From: Cycas panzhihuaensis
Taxonomy: Eukaryota; Plantae; Cycadophyta
NCBI GenBank assembly: GCA_023213395.1
Contig: CM041465.1
Span: 37,579,741 to 37,643,740 of the forward strand
Length of the DNA stretch: 64,000 bases
Direction of reading: 5' to 3'
The position numbers and the translations under genes are program-made. Position 1 is the first letter of the stretch. Every line of letters starts with the position of its first letter. This document shows positions 37,498 to 50,529 of this stretch, one piece after another. The notes under the pieces were generated by a model that was not told the origin of the DNA, did not search any database, and worked only from the letters and a program-made list of their open reading frames with translations.

Positions 37498-40400
37498 TGT
37501 TAAAATTAATAATGTCACCTTCATTACCATGTAATTTATATGTATATATGCATAATGGTGTACTTTAGGCATGACCTCATTTGTGATTTAATCATATTTT
37601 ATAAATGTGTCAAGTCTGTTACTTATGTTGATATATCAACCAATTAGATCCTTGTAAATATGGGTAGATTGCCTATATATTGGGCATTTCCCCTATTATT
37701 TATATATTGTATTATTGTTAATGTGGAAGATCTACTAGATTGGAGCTTCATGGAGTGACAAATTTGCCCATGAACTTTTGTACATATCAATTCTATTCTT
37801 GTGTGATTGAGTATTTCATTATGTGATTAGTTTTGCTTTGTATTTTGATAGATGCATGCAGTATTTAGATCTTGGAAGAGTTTTCACATGGTATTAGAGC
37901 CATTACATACTCTATTTGGCATTATTTTGAGAAACAAGTGAGAAACAAAGGCCCATTCACTCATAATAGCATCCCATTTCCTTATTTTCTTAAGGTTTCT
38001 CTCAATATTATGTGGCCTCCAGTCAATCTAAAGCCACTACTAGTGTTTGAGAGATTATAGTAGTGTGTATTTATTAAGTTTCAAGTCCATTGCATGCGAC
38101 ATAACTCTTAGTTCCTCTTTTGGTTGAAACAACTCTATTTTAGCCTCTTTTTCAACCCTAACATGTTCATGTAGGCCATATTTTACATCCAAACAAAATT
38201 CTATTAATTCTAGTAGTCCTTTAAATCTACTTAGGCCTTATTGCAGATAGTTTCATGGAGGATTCTAGGTTTGTTTGCTCATTTATAGCCCCAAGCATCT
38301 GTTTAACCTCCACAAGCTTCAACAATTTCATTTGATATTATTACTTTCCAATGAAGCTTTGAATCTACTTGAGAAGGGGTGCCATTATCTATAAATTTAA
38401 GTCCCATTGGTTTTGGAGCATTCCTAAAGCATTTTCAAGCTCAAAGAGCTAGCCAAACTCCACGTACAATTGAGTGGCTGCCATGGAAGTCACATGACTT
38501 CTAATCTTTAACTTTTTTTTTTTTTTTTAAATTTTCACTTTGTAAGGTTATGAAATATCAAGTTAGAGTTAATTTCGTAACTTAAATCCACACTTTAGCT
38601 GCTTAGATTAATCATATTTAAGCTCATATAACCCTATTTTTAGATAAAAAGGGGTAGATCTAAAAAATATTTAATTATCTTTTAAAATTTTTATATTTTC
38701 AAAAATCTTAGGATACATTTCATAGTGATTTGAAGTTTCTAGCCCCCTTAGCTCTCTAGTGGGTAGTCACATGTAATAGTTTAGTAACCAATAGCCAACT
38801 TTAAAAGGGGCTTAAGTCCAATCTTCACTTTTCTTAGCTCATAAAGAGTACCTATTATAGTTTCTATTATAACTCTCCAACCGGGAGTCATAATTAGGTG
38901 TTGTTTAAACCATTAGAAAGGTAACTTGGAGGGATATAATTTTAAGTTAGTTTAAGCTCAAATTGAGTTTGATTTATAGGTGTTGGAGCCTACTAAATTC
39001 AGAGTATTTTTTAGCATTCTTAAGCTTTCTTTCATCACTTGAAGGCTTAAACTCAATTTTTTATAAGACTATTTACTACTTTATGCTATTGTTGATCACT
39101 AGTTAATTATTCTAATATATTTTTTGGGCTAATAAAGTGTTTTTTATTGCTTTTCTATAGGTGTTATCCTTAGAGATTAAAGTGGACATTTTTAATGTAA
39201 GCTCTCTCAAAGAACTCTCTAAACTTTTTTATTTCCTTTTAAGTTTTACATTTCCTTTCTTTTTTTCAGGTTTCATTATTAAAAAGAACCCTTGTTTATA
39301 AGCAACTCATCTTAAAATCAATATTTAACTTGAAATATTAATCAAGAATATCCCAAATTAATAAGACAACTATATTAGCCTTGAAATTAGAATGGTTAGG
39401 ACCCCTGAAGTTACCACTCCATACATACCTTTGGTATTTTTCTAATTTGTTAAGGAAACCATTAGTTATAAGGTGTATAAAGTGGCAAACTATCCTTTGG
39501 TGATTGGAGCCTAGGCTAGACCCAGAGGGGGTGAGTACCTTAGTTGTTAAGTTCTTACTATTAGATCTATTTCTAGATATAATTTTGGTATAGGTGGATC
39601 CATAAATTAGGGGGGTCTTTAACCTTTATAGTAGTCTATATACTGAGGTATATAAAGCCTTAAAATCACATATCAGTATTTAGGATCCTTGGTTTACCAC
39701 TTGCGGGCAGACACCATTAAACATGATAGTAACTAAGAACTTTCTTAGAGACCCTTAAACTTAGAACTCTAGATTAGTAGCCCCTATCTAGATTAGTACA
39801 TGGGTAATTAAAACTTAAAACTCAGAACCAAAAGACACTTAGAAATAGCATCATAAATAATATTATTAAACATAATCAAACTTGGTGATATTAAGAACTT
39901 TATCCCTTGGAAGAAATAAGTAAAAAACCTATTTAATATGAATGATTTTTAGGCCTATGTAAATGGTAACATACCCTTACCTAGACTAACATAAGTGCAT
40001 AATGACTCTAGCATTATAATTCCACCAAATCCTATTATCTTAGCTAACTTTAAAGCTAAGGACAACATAACCTTATTATTCCTCCACTTGGTAATAGAAG
40101 ACCAAGTGGACTAGAATATAGAAACAGCCAAAACCTCTCATGAAGCATGGATGATCCTTTGTGCTCTATATGAGAGAAAAAATGAGTCAAGATCCTTGAC
40201 TCTCAAATTATGTCTTTTAGCCATCCCATTTGTAGGCAATATTATAGCCCATATAATCAAAGTAAAGACCATTAAAAATCAAGTAATAATCCTAGGAGAG
40301 CCTCATTTAGACCATAATCTTATATCTAATATCCTTAATATTCTCTCCATAGAATAGAATAGATTTATATCTAAACTCCATGATAACTACAGAAAAATAG

Positions 40401-43400
40401 AGTTTATCATCTTTGAGGGGCTCTTACTAATAGAAGAGAACATTCTCAATTGACTAGAGGTAACATCTACCTCTAACTCATCCCCTAAATTTGAAGCCCA
40501 AAACTCATAAGAGGGCAAGACTATACAATAGCCAACTTAATAGCCCATTCAACTTTAAAGACTTGCTTAACAATTAGACTCCTTAGACATCTCTCAAGAG
40601 CTAAATCAGTCACCAACTCTACATTAACCACATTAAGTTGGTACTTCCTCTAATCAAAGCTAATTGTCTCAATAGTCCTAGCAACCACCATAGCCTCAGA
40701 TAAAATAGTATGAAAAAAATAGACCCAATGTCACCTACTTATACTATAGAAACATTAGTTACCTTGCTATTGAATGTAGGAGATATTAGGCTGATCTCCA
40801 AATTTTAAAAAATCAAGGGAGCTAACTTTATGGGCCTAGTTTCTAACAAGTAACCCCATATTATCAATAAGTAGCCCCATTTTATTCACAGGGAGCACCA
40901 AACTTTCAATAAGGTAGATAAAGCTATCAATAACAAGCATAAAGTTATTAATAAGGAGGACCATGCCCTCCACAAGGACCCCCTTATCCACAATAAAGAA
41001 GCCCTATTCTATAAGAAGGAGCCCCTTACTTCCAATAAGAAGCCCCTATTCCACAATAATGAGGCCATTTCTATCCATAAGGAGGGCCATCATTTTAATA
41101 ACCAAGTCAATTCTATTAACAAAATTAGACCCCAAGACCCAATCAAAGTCAAAGATAGTAGAACAAGTAGTAGTTCCCACCCAAGAATTAAAGGAACCCC
41201 AATACTCAACAAGGAGCCATGTGTTAGATACCCATAATACCTCCTCATAAAACCTATTCTTCATAGCATTGTCATCCTAGCATAGTAACAACTTTTGCCT
41301 TCTCGACTTAGGTGCCACTCACCATATGACTAGCTCAAAAATGATGTTGGAAGAGACCTATCTAATAAGCACACAAATAGTCACATTTGTTGACAACTTG
41401 ACATATGATGTGACCAAAATTAGAAGGGGTCCAATAATATTAAAAGATTATAAGATTTGGTATCATGTCAATAATGTATTTTAAGTTCTAGGCATGAAAA
41501 TGAATTTGCTTTAAGTCAGCCAAATAGACAAGTAAAACTTAGATTTTCTCCTCAGTTAGGGCATCTGCACCATCATAGATCATGTAACTAGACAAATTAT
41601 AGCAACATGTCATGAAGAAAATATGGATTATACAAGATTGATAGTGTCCTTTTAGTGACCAACCCATCATCAGAACCCTACTCAATGGCCCAAAATATAC
41701 ATCTTGATAAGGGGAAATATATCATGATGGAAGAATCCCCTTCTATCCAAGAATGAAGTGAATGCTCCTACTCAAATGGGTAATCTACCTCTAACAGTGT
41801 GAAAGACTAGTTATGGTATCAATGCCTAGGTCACTTAAATATGTAGAGTTTGAACCTCATTTCAAGGCTTAATATGGTACATAGCTTACCCAAGATCAAG
41901 AGATATAACAACATTTGTGAGTCATATCTTGTGGGAAACTAATATGGAGAAAAGTTCCTATCTAAAAATGTATGGAAAGCCTCCCAACTATTGGAGTTAG
42001 TCTACTTAGACATTTGTGGGCCTATGTTAATCTAATCACTCAATGCTAGCCTATATTTCATGATATTCATAGATGATTATTCTAGGAAAGTATGGGTTTA
42101 CTTACTATGAAATAAATACCAAGCCGTAAATAAATTCAAGGAGTTCAAAGATGAGGTAGAAAATAAGAGTGGCATGACCATCAAGACACTCAGATTTGAC
42201 AATGGTGGGGAATATACTTCTAATAAATTCATAAATTTTTGTAAGGAACATGACATCAAACATTAATTTTTAGAACCTCACATACCATAATAAAATGGTG
42301 TAGTTGAAAGCATAAACTAGACATTGGTAAATAAAGGAAAAGCCATGTTAAGTGCCACTAACCTTGCCACTAGATTTTGGGCTGATACAATTATGATTGT
42401 TATATATCTAACCAACAGAAGTCCTATTGTAGTAGTTAGGAATATCACTCTTGAGGAAGCCTAGTCAAGTCTTAAACCAACTATTACACACTTAAAAATA
42501 TTTAGATACATGGCATATAAACTTGTTCTAAAGGAGAATAGAAAGAAGCTTGATGATAAAAGCCTTAAGTACATCTTCCTTGTCTATGTACCTAATTACA
42601 AAGCCTATAAGATATTCAATATAGTTGGGAACCAAGTATACACAACTTGAGATATTATCTTTCTAGAAGATATAGATGACCTAAATTTTCCTTAAATTTA
42701 GTTTGTAGTTATAGATGAAGTTAGTATGCCTCAAGTCCCTCTTGGATAAATTTTAGAGCCACCAGTACCAACATCCCCCTACATACTAGGTCCATTAATT
42801 CTAGTAGTCTCTACTTCTATAATAGAAGCAAACACAACTATGCAACCTATTTTAGTTGATGACCTTCAGGTGGAAGCTACTAGTATTTAACCACCTCTCG
42901 AGTAGGTTCAATAATTATTAAAGAATGCTCCTCCTCCTCCTATAGTTGATAAAAGGCCATCAAAGATGAGGCACTCTACTAATTTTTCTCTAATGTCACA
43001 TGTCTTGGAAACTTCTAAACCATCTACATTTGAGGAGGTAGTTAAAGACCAAACATGGAAAGTAGCCATGGATGAAGAGATGAACTCTATCCTTAAAAAT
43101 GAAACTTAGGAGTTAACATATGTGCCACCTGGAAAGAAGCCAGTTGACTGGAGAAGGCTTTATAAAGTAAGATTTCATGTTAATAGCCCTATTGAGTGTC
43201 ATAAAGCTCACCCGGTATTGAAGAGCACCTTCCTAAATGGAAAGCTCACAAAATAAGTTCTCTTATGACAACCCCTCGATGACTTCATTGACTGAATCCA
43301 CCGACCAACTAAGGACTAGGTTGTAGACATCTTTACCAAAGCACTTAGCAAACCTAAGTTTGAACAGTTTTGCTATGACCTCGGCATCAAATGTAATGAA

Positions 43401-43590
43401 GTTGTCATTAAGGGAGAGTGTTAAAACTAATAATGTTACCTTTATTACCATGCAATTTACATGTATATATGTATAATGTTATACTTTAAGTATGAGCTCA
43501 TTTATAATTTAATCATATTTTATAAATATGCCAGGTCCACTGCTTATGATGATATGTTAGTGAATTAGATCCTTATAAATATGGGTAGAT
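37498..43590 (+). mobile_element. Copia G; 3' LTR interrupted by element H; most of RT/RNase H deleted
   Basis: 5' LTR 37498-37888; PBS TGGTATTAGAGCC 37889-37901; PPT 43410-43418; 3' LTR from 43419 matches the 5' LTR up to ATGGGTAGAT at 43590. Confidence 0.88.
39800..43400 (+). pseudogene. gag-pol: Copia G gag-pol remnant
   Basis: DLGATHHM (PR), FIDDYSRKVWVYLL and FDNGGEY (INT); RT start (STFLNGKL) joined almost directly to RNase H end (VVDIFTKAL) at about 43200-43350. Confidence 0.85.
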
Positions 43591-45338
43591 TATTAGCATA
43601 TAATGTTCATTTTATTAAAGGTATACATAAAGGCATTAGAAATCTATGGGGCCACCTATAGTCATCTACAAACCAACTTAGGAAAGAGGTATGTATTATT
43701 TTATTATTTTAATTCTAAAAAAGTGTCAGTCAATGGTGGGCTTGCCCCAATGTCCTAATTATATATTTGAGGTAAAATATTCACTGGTGTTCTTTAACAC
43801 CGCTGACTATTAGAAATTTGTTAAATATTTTTGGTAATATGGCATAATTATGTTCTGCTTTATCCCTAGTTATACTTCATTTGGTATTAGAGCACCTTGG
43901 TCTTGACTATATTTGATTTCAAAACTTAGATTTATCTTAGAACGATGCATGACAAGTAATTACATTGAATATTTATTCATTTTATAAAGTTTTATCAATA
44001 GTTTTGCATAGTTTTATTAAATATTTAGCTATTTTTGGTTTGTATGCTCTATATAATCTATATTCTTTTAGATTTGTATAACAATAATAGGTGTATTCAA
44101 CCCAACATTCATTTGGAGCAATTCTATTGATGTTTTGTATAATATTTTAATTATTTTTTCACTATTTTTTTGAGGTTTTTTCACAAACTTAAACTTCTAC
44201 ATGTTGGTATGCTCTCATCTTTGAATAAAACTAACTCAAGTGACTACTTGTTAGACTTCTCTCTAAGTCCTCTTCTCACCAGAATAGACGGTTCATAAAA
44301 TCATCGTTCCTGTAGTGAGTTATAGCTCCTAGAAGCTCATCCTATCTTACTGTCTACTAAAACCCCAAGTGCACCAACTTCAAAATCATTTGCTCTATCT
44401 ATGTTCTTCATTGGATCCCTCTAGAGAAGAGATGCAAACCTACCAGTGTCCACATAAGGCTATTCTCAAGCTACTTTACCTCCTCTTCAGATTGTATGGC
44501 CTCCATGTCATTGTACACCCTCTCGGCCTCCATACACTTAAAACTCACTTTTTTTTTTCTATTTTTCCTCATTATTCTACTCTAGATCAGTGTGCCCTTG
44601 AGTGTAGACCCACCAGGATCAATCAGATCAAATCTTGGAGTCCTCTTTTAATCGATTAATTGATTCATTTGTTCTCATTTACACGTAGACCCACATACTA
44701 CGTGATTGATTTTTTTTTTTATAATTTAATCATTTTATTTTATTAAAATATTATAAAGTTTAAAAATTTTAATTTGATTTGATATTTATTAGGTTACAAC
44801 CCCTTTAGATCTTAGCCAGTGATTTTTTGAGCTCCTATATAACCATGGTTTTCATTATAAAGGGTAAATTTTAAAGTTCAATAAGTTATTTTTAACTATT
44901 TTGGATTTTAAGGGATCAAGATATATTTTATGAATTTTGGAGTCTACTAGCCCACTTCATAGTCTAGTGGTTAGTCATAAGCATTAATCAGGTGACTAGG
45001 GCCTTCCAATGAAAAGGGCTTAAGACTCCCCCTCTTTAGTTTTTCATCATAACTAGTAGACTTTACTGTTTTTCTTATATATTTTGATCTAGGAGTTCAT
45101 TTTTCAAACGATTAGATTTGTTGGAAAGCTAACTCACCGATCTACATCCTGTAACTAGTTTTATATTAATGTAAAACTATTTTGTAGGTGTTTCAGGATA
45201 CTAAGTCAACTCTCTTATTTGATCCCAATTTGAGATTCTTTGATTATTTTTGAGTTATTTATCAACTTTATTCAAGTATGTTTATGTCATATTGAGATAC
45301 TAATATATTTTTGGTAGATTTCACTTTATTTTTTAAGG

Positions 45339-45340
<2 letters not shown>

Positions 45341-45393
<53 letters not shown>
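45341..45393. repeat. (TA)n microsatellite in the leader of H
   Basis: Directly visible. Confidence 0.98.
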
Positions 45394-45396
<3 letters not shown>

Positions 45397-46666
45397 TAGA
45401 ATATTATAAAGTTTTACCTCTTGAAGAAGAAGGCAATATTTGGATGTCATTTTACATACAAAGAGCATTCTAACCCTTAACTTATATCTGTTAAGCCTTC
45501 TATTTCATTTCTAACTTATTCAATTTCATTTTAAGGCTCATATTTAGATCATTTAAAGGTCCTTTTATCTTATTATTAAAGTTCATTTTAAGCTCTTTAT
45601 TACAATTCAAAAGCTCACATAGAGTGCATTTTATTACAGTTTAAAGACTCATTTAAAGTCTCTTTTATTTCCTTTTCATCTCATTTTATTTTAAAGATCA
45701 TTTATATCATTTAAAAGGTTAATTTATCTTATATTTATTTTATTTAAAAAGGTTTATTTCATTTCATTTTTTAAGTTGCTTTTATTTACTATTAAAAAGG
45801 AATCTTAATTGTTAAATAAGACTACATCTAAAATTAATTTATATGTTAAAGAGAGAATTTTTGAAAGAACATCCTTTTTCTAGCCTTATAAGGGAAACAA
45901 TTAGGACCCTTAAAGTTACCACCCCACACATGTTGGGAATAATCCTAATGTGGTTAAAGCACCTGAGTGCTTAGGGCCCCTCAAAACCACCTTTGAGGGC
46001 CCCTGCAGAACCTTGGGTCACTCAACAACTGCCTGGACCTAACACCACTTTCTTGAGGTATGTATTTCATTTATTATTGTTAATTTTTTTAATATTTTTT
46101 GAATTTACATTGGTTAATATGTAGCTAGGGCGATGGCGCTTGATGCCTCCCTGAAATTCATTATTTAAAGGATGGGAATACCTCCTAGGTGTTTTTTAAC
46201 ACTGCCATCCAAAGGAAATCACCATTATACTCGAAATGTTGTCTCTTTGAAGTCCTGCTCTGCTCCTCCAGCTCCATCATTTGGTATTAGAGCAGGTTAG
46301 TATTGATATTTTGCTCATATTTGATTTAGCTTCTCATATATTCAGCGAAATACCTACATATGACTACTGGTTGAGATCCTGGCAAGCACACCTGCTCATT
46401 GGAGAAAACGGTTGAAAGATTCATCCATCGTGCAAGAAGTTGTCACACCTTGAAGCCGGTACTGCAAACCAGATTACCAGGTTCTTCGAGAGTTTTTTCT
46501 CAAATATACACATATATTTCATTTATTTAAGGTATTTCGATGAATATACTTAAAAATCTAGTTATTTTCGTAGATATATTTTATGTAATTGGGTTTAACA
46601 TAAATCTTTGTTGAAAGCTCTTCTACATTCTTCCATTCACCACTGTTTCCTTGATGAATATCATTC

Positions 46667-46815
46667 TGCATCACTCTGAGGCCAGTGGATTCCATTAACT
46701 ATCTTCATGTTGATCATCGTAAAATAGAATTCGTCGGAGTTCCTTTTCCTCTTTCTTGTAGAAATCTTGAGCTTGAAGCACATAGTTCTTGTGTTTTTTC
46801 TAATAACCCTAGCCT
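46667..46815 (-). pseudogene. UTP11: Captured fragment of U3 snoRNA-associated protein 11, antisense inside Copia I
   Basis: Minus strand reads RLGLLEK(+1 nt)HKNYVLQAQDFYKKEE|RNSDEFYFTMINMKIVNGIHWPQSDA; recalled UTP11 signature is FGLLEKHKDYV.RA..YHKKEE..(about 10 aa)..RNPDEFYFKMIN.KTVDG.H. Confidence 0.85.
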
Positions 46816-47732
46816 ATTCCTTGTAGCCGGTAAGGCATGTTTCGTTTAATTGATTTGTTTTTCTTAAGTGTCATTTGTTTAGTTACGGTCTTCCATCTTT
46901 GCTTCCTTTGCATCCTGAAGAACTCTTTTAAGCTTTGTTGTGCATTGCACTTGTGTCTATATAGCTCATAACAGACAGGTTAAAAGGAATCGTGTCCATA
47001 AGTTGAACATTTAAGAGCTGCATTCTTTCTTGAATTTGCATCCTAGACCCACAGTTTAGAAGGTAGACCATCACTTCTCTGCCTCTAGTATGCCAAAGGT
47101 TTGCCTCTCGCCTTGTGTATAGAGAGAACATTTGTCTTTGATAATTCTTCAGTGGACTCACCTCTGTATATCTTTCCAAATTTACTCTCACCATTCCTCA
47201 TACCCTTGGGATTTACATAGAGGAAGGGCCCTCTCACTGTTCCTCATACCCATGGCATTTACATAGAGGAAGGGCGCGACAGGATCACTAGCAAATCGTC
47301 ATTCTAATAGAAACACAAACAAATCTCGCAAATAGCTTGACTTGGCATATACAATATCATACTAACAGTAATGGATATCACTCCAAAGTTATCTACGTCA
47401 AACCTTGAAACTAAGCAACAATGGCTGGGAAAACCCTGCAAGATTTGCTTAAGCACAATGAATCGGACGTGACAAAAGGAAACCTGAAAACAACTGGTAC
47501 GTTAATCAATCGAGGGCAACCACAGAAGTCCTCTCTAGAAAATACTTCCAAGTTACCATTGTATCTGCATAACAGCCAGACCGTCATTCCAATAGAATAC
47601 AAGCTCGCTTGTTTTTCGATACGCGTTCTGTGTATATTCATTGGCGTTCCATTTTTTCGCTGTGCGGCCTGGCCTATTTTTTTGTATTTTATTTTTTTAA
47701 ATATTATATATATATATATGTATATATATATA

Positions 47733-47765
<33 letters not shown>

Positions 47766-49961
47766 TACTTCAGGCGCTGTTTGACCCATTTTAATAAATA
47801 AAATCTAGAATTTGTACCGATGAATTCGTCTGGCTACGTCTTACTAATTAGCACCTATTTTCTTTTATTTTATTCTATTTCATTTTATTTTTCTAGCATA
47901 TAAATATATGTATTTATGCGCTTTGATAAAAGCAACTTGGTTGGCTCATCGTAAATTAGTTTCATTTTTTTTCGATCAAGTTTTTTAATTTGTTTTTCAG
48001 CTGTTTGTCGCAGCTGGGCGATTTTGCCTTGTATCAATTTATTTTTATGTTTATAAAGTTTATAAAAAATTAAAGAAAATTGTATATTTTTTGAAATCTG
48101 ACCACTTAAAGGATATAGCCCCCTTTTGATAGTAGCCTGTGGTCATAAGATCATTTCTATGTGACTGTTAGCCATTGAAAATAGGCTAACAAAAAACATA
48201 AAACCTTTTTTCTTTTTCTTTTTTTATTTTTAATTTTTACATAAGGTTATTGGCATTTTTTTTTACCATAACTCTTCATTGGCTCATCAGTTTTAGACGA
48301 AACCAATTTCATTAGATCAAAAGTTTTCTGTAGATCAATTTTGACTGGTCATATGACCAATTTGTGCTGATTTAACCTCATTTTAGTGGATTTAAAGTCA
48401 ATCAGTCATTTTTTCAGCCTTTTTTAAACTTTTTATAAAATCATTTTTTGAATTGATTGTATTTTATTACCAAGAAACTATTTTCTACTTGGATTTATTC
48501 TAAATTGATCTGTTCTCAACAAACTTCATTACCCACCTTTTATTTTATTTTTTAGAATTCATTTTGACCACTATTTTAATCGCCGAAAGTGCCATTTTAG
48601 TGGTTTTTAGCATTTTTCTTAATATTTTACCATAAAGGTACCTATTACTATTTTCACTATAACTTTCCTGTTTGACATCCAAATTTTGTTCTGTCAGTTT
48701 TGTTGGGAATCTGACTCAATTCTCTTCAATTTGATATAATTTTTTATACATTTTAATGTGTTTTTACTGAATTTCAAATCAATCAAAGTTGAGGTACTTA
48801 ATTACCTCAAAACTATTATTTTTGCACATTTTTTATACATATTTCTCAAAAATTTTCAACTAAAAGTATATTGAGTAGTCTTTTAAATAATATTTAATCA
48901 TTTTTTAGCATTTTATAAAGTTTTATTAGCAATTTTGAGCTCCCTGCTCCTGTTAGGCCTCAAAAGGAGGTCTGTACCTTTGAATGGTTTAAATCTTGAC
49001 TTATTGGAACCTGTTTTTAAAATGGTTAGTTCCATTGGATTCAGATTTTATTAATCTACATATTGGTACAATTTCAAGTTATTTTGACATGGTTTAGTAT
49101 AGTTTTCAAGTTGTCAAACTTAAGCATATAAGTACATCTTAATAGGCTTGCCCTCCAAACTTTTTAAAGAAAATTTTATTTTATTTCTCATTGGTTGTTC
49201 ATAATATATATTCAAGGTTTCTACTTGACCTTCATATAAGCATTTTTAAGATGTTTAGTAACATAAATTGTTCATAAAACAACTAAAAGTATACATACAT
49301 ATATTTCATTTTTCAGTTGTATATATCTTCCTCAAGGCAAAGTTTTTTTTATACTAAAAAAAAAAGTCATTTTTTCTTTTCATTGAAGATTTATGTTTAC
49401 TCATTTGAGAAATTAAAGGTTGAGAACTCTTTATATTTCATTATCAAAAGTTTATTTCAGCTTTGTATAAGTGAAAAGGATCTTTGTTATATCCATCTTT
49501 TAAAGTTTACTCTAAATGCATAATTATTGAAAGTTTTCTTATTTATTATTATATTTCAAAAGTTTATTTGAAATTTTATCTCATAAGTGTGTCATTTATT
49601 TGAAAAACATACATTTATTAAACGTTTTTTATTTTTTTTTCATTATTATTGAAAAATATCATTTTTTTCTTGCACTTATAAAAATTACATTTAATTTATT
49701 CTATTTTCAAAGGCATATTTCATCCATTTGAAGAGTATTATATTGTTTTTGAAAAAAAATAAGATTTTATTTCTTTCAAAAGTTTATTATTTATTTTATC
49801 TTACTTAGAGCATAATATTTTAGTTTTTAGTTTTTCTTTATTATATCAAAGGAACCTTTTTTTTTCTAAGCAAGACCACATTACTAATTAGTTTAATTTT
49901 CACATTAAACAAGATAATTCTAAATTGAACCACCCTATTTTTCTAACCTTGCAAGGGGAAC

Positions 49962-50362
49962 GGTTAGGACCCTTGAAGTTACCACCCCACACATGCTAAT
50001 CAGCCTACTCATATTAGATGAGGACAGCCATTAGTTATTAGGTGTATTTAGTAGCAGGCTGAGGTGTAGAACCTATTCATTTCATGGCATTTGGAGACCA
50101 AAGCTATATCTGGAGAAGGTGAGTGCCTTAGTTTGAGAACCTTCACCGCTAGATCTGTCGCTAGGCATAAGTCTGATATAGGTGGACTGACAATTCAGGG
50201 GGGGTGTGAAAGCCTTCTTAGCAGCCCACGTACTGAGGTATATAGAGCCTAGTGCTCACGTACCAGTATATTGGGTCCTTATTTTACCATTTGTGGGCAG
50301 GTGCCACTAGACAGAATAGCAACCGAAGGTTGCCCCAGGAGAAACTTAAACTTAGAGCCTAG
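49962..50362 (+). other. Conserved non-coding leader block upstream of gag (also 39394-39768, 45900-45930 plus 55137-55500, and partly 34695-34930 on minus)
   Basis: Shared motifs GGTTAGGACCC.TGAAGTTACCAC.CC, GGTGAGT.CCTTAGTT, TAGATCT, TAGGTGGA, TACTGAGGTATATA, AAACTTAGA amid unalignable AT-rich flanks. Confidence 0.8.
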
Positions 50363-50529
50363 TAGCCTATATAGGTCCTAGTTTACTTATTCAAAACCTT
50401 GGGAAAACTTTGGAATATATTTAGAAATAAATTTTACATTTACACTTTTTTAATATTTTTAAATACTTTTTTTAATATTCACATTTAACCTTTTGATATT
50501 TCATTTTATCAATACAACTTCAATTCAAA

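Noticed and set aside
47185-47276. 46-bp tandem duplication with LPLCK resembling a GRF zinc finger
   Set aside because: Remaining GRF residues are absent and the period is not a multiple of 3; treated as a local duplication
47411-47801. Three overlapping ORFs of 61-126 aa
   Set aside because: Two run through a TA/TG microsatellite and none has a recognisable domain
49962-50362. Hammerhead ribozyme (retrozyme) in the conserved block
   Set aside because: No CTGATGA...GAAA core with flanking helices found
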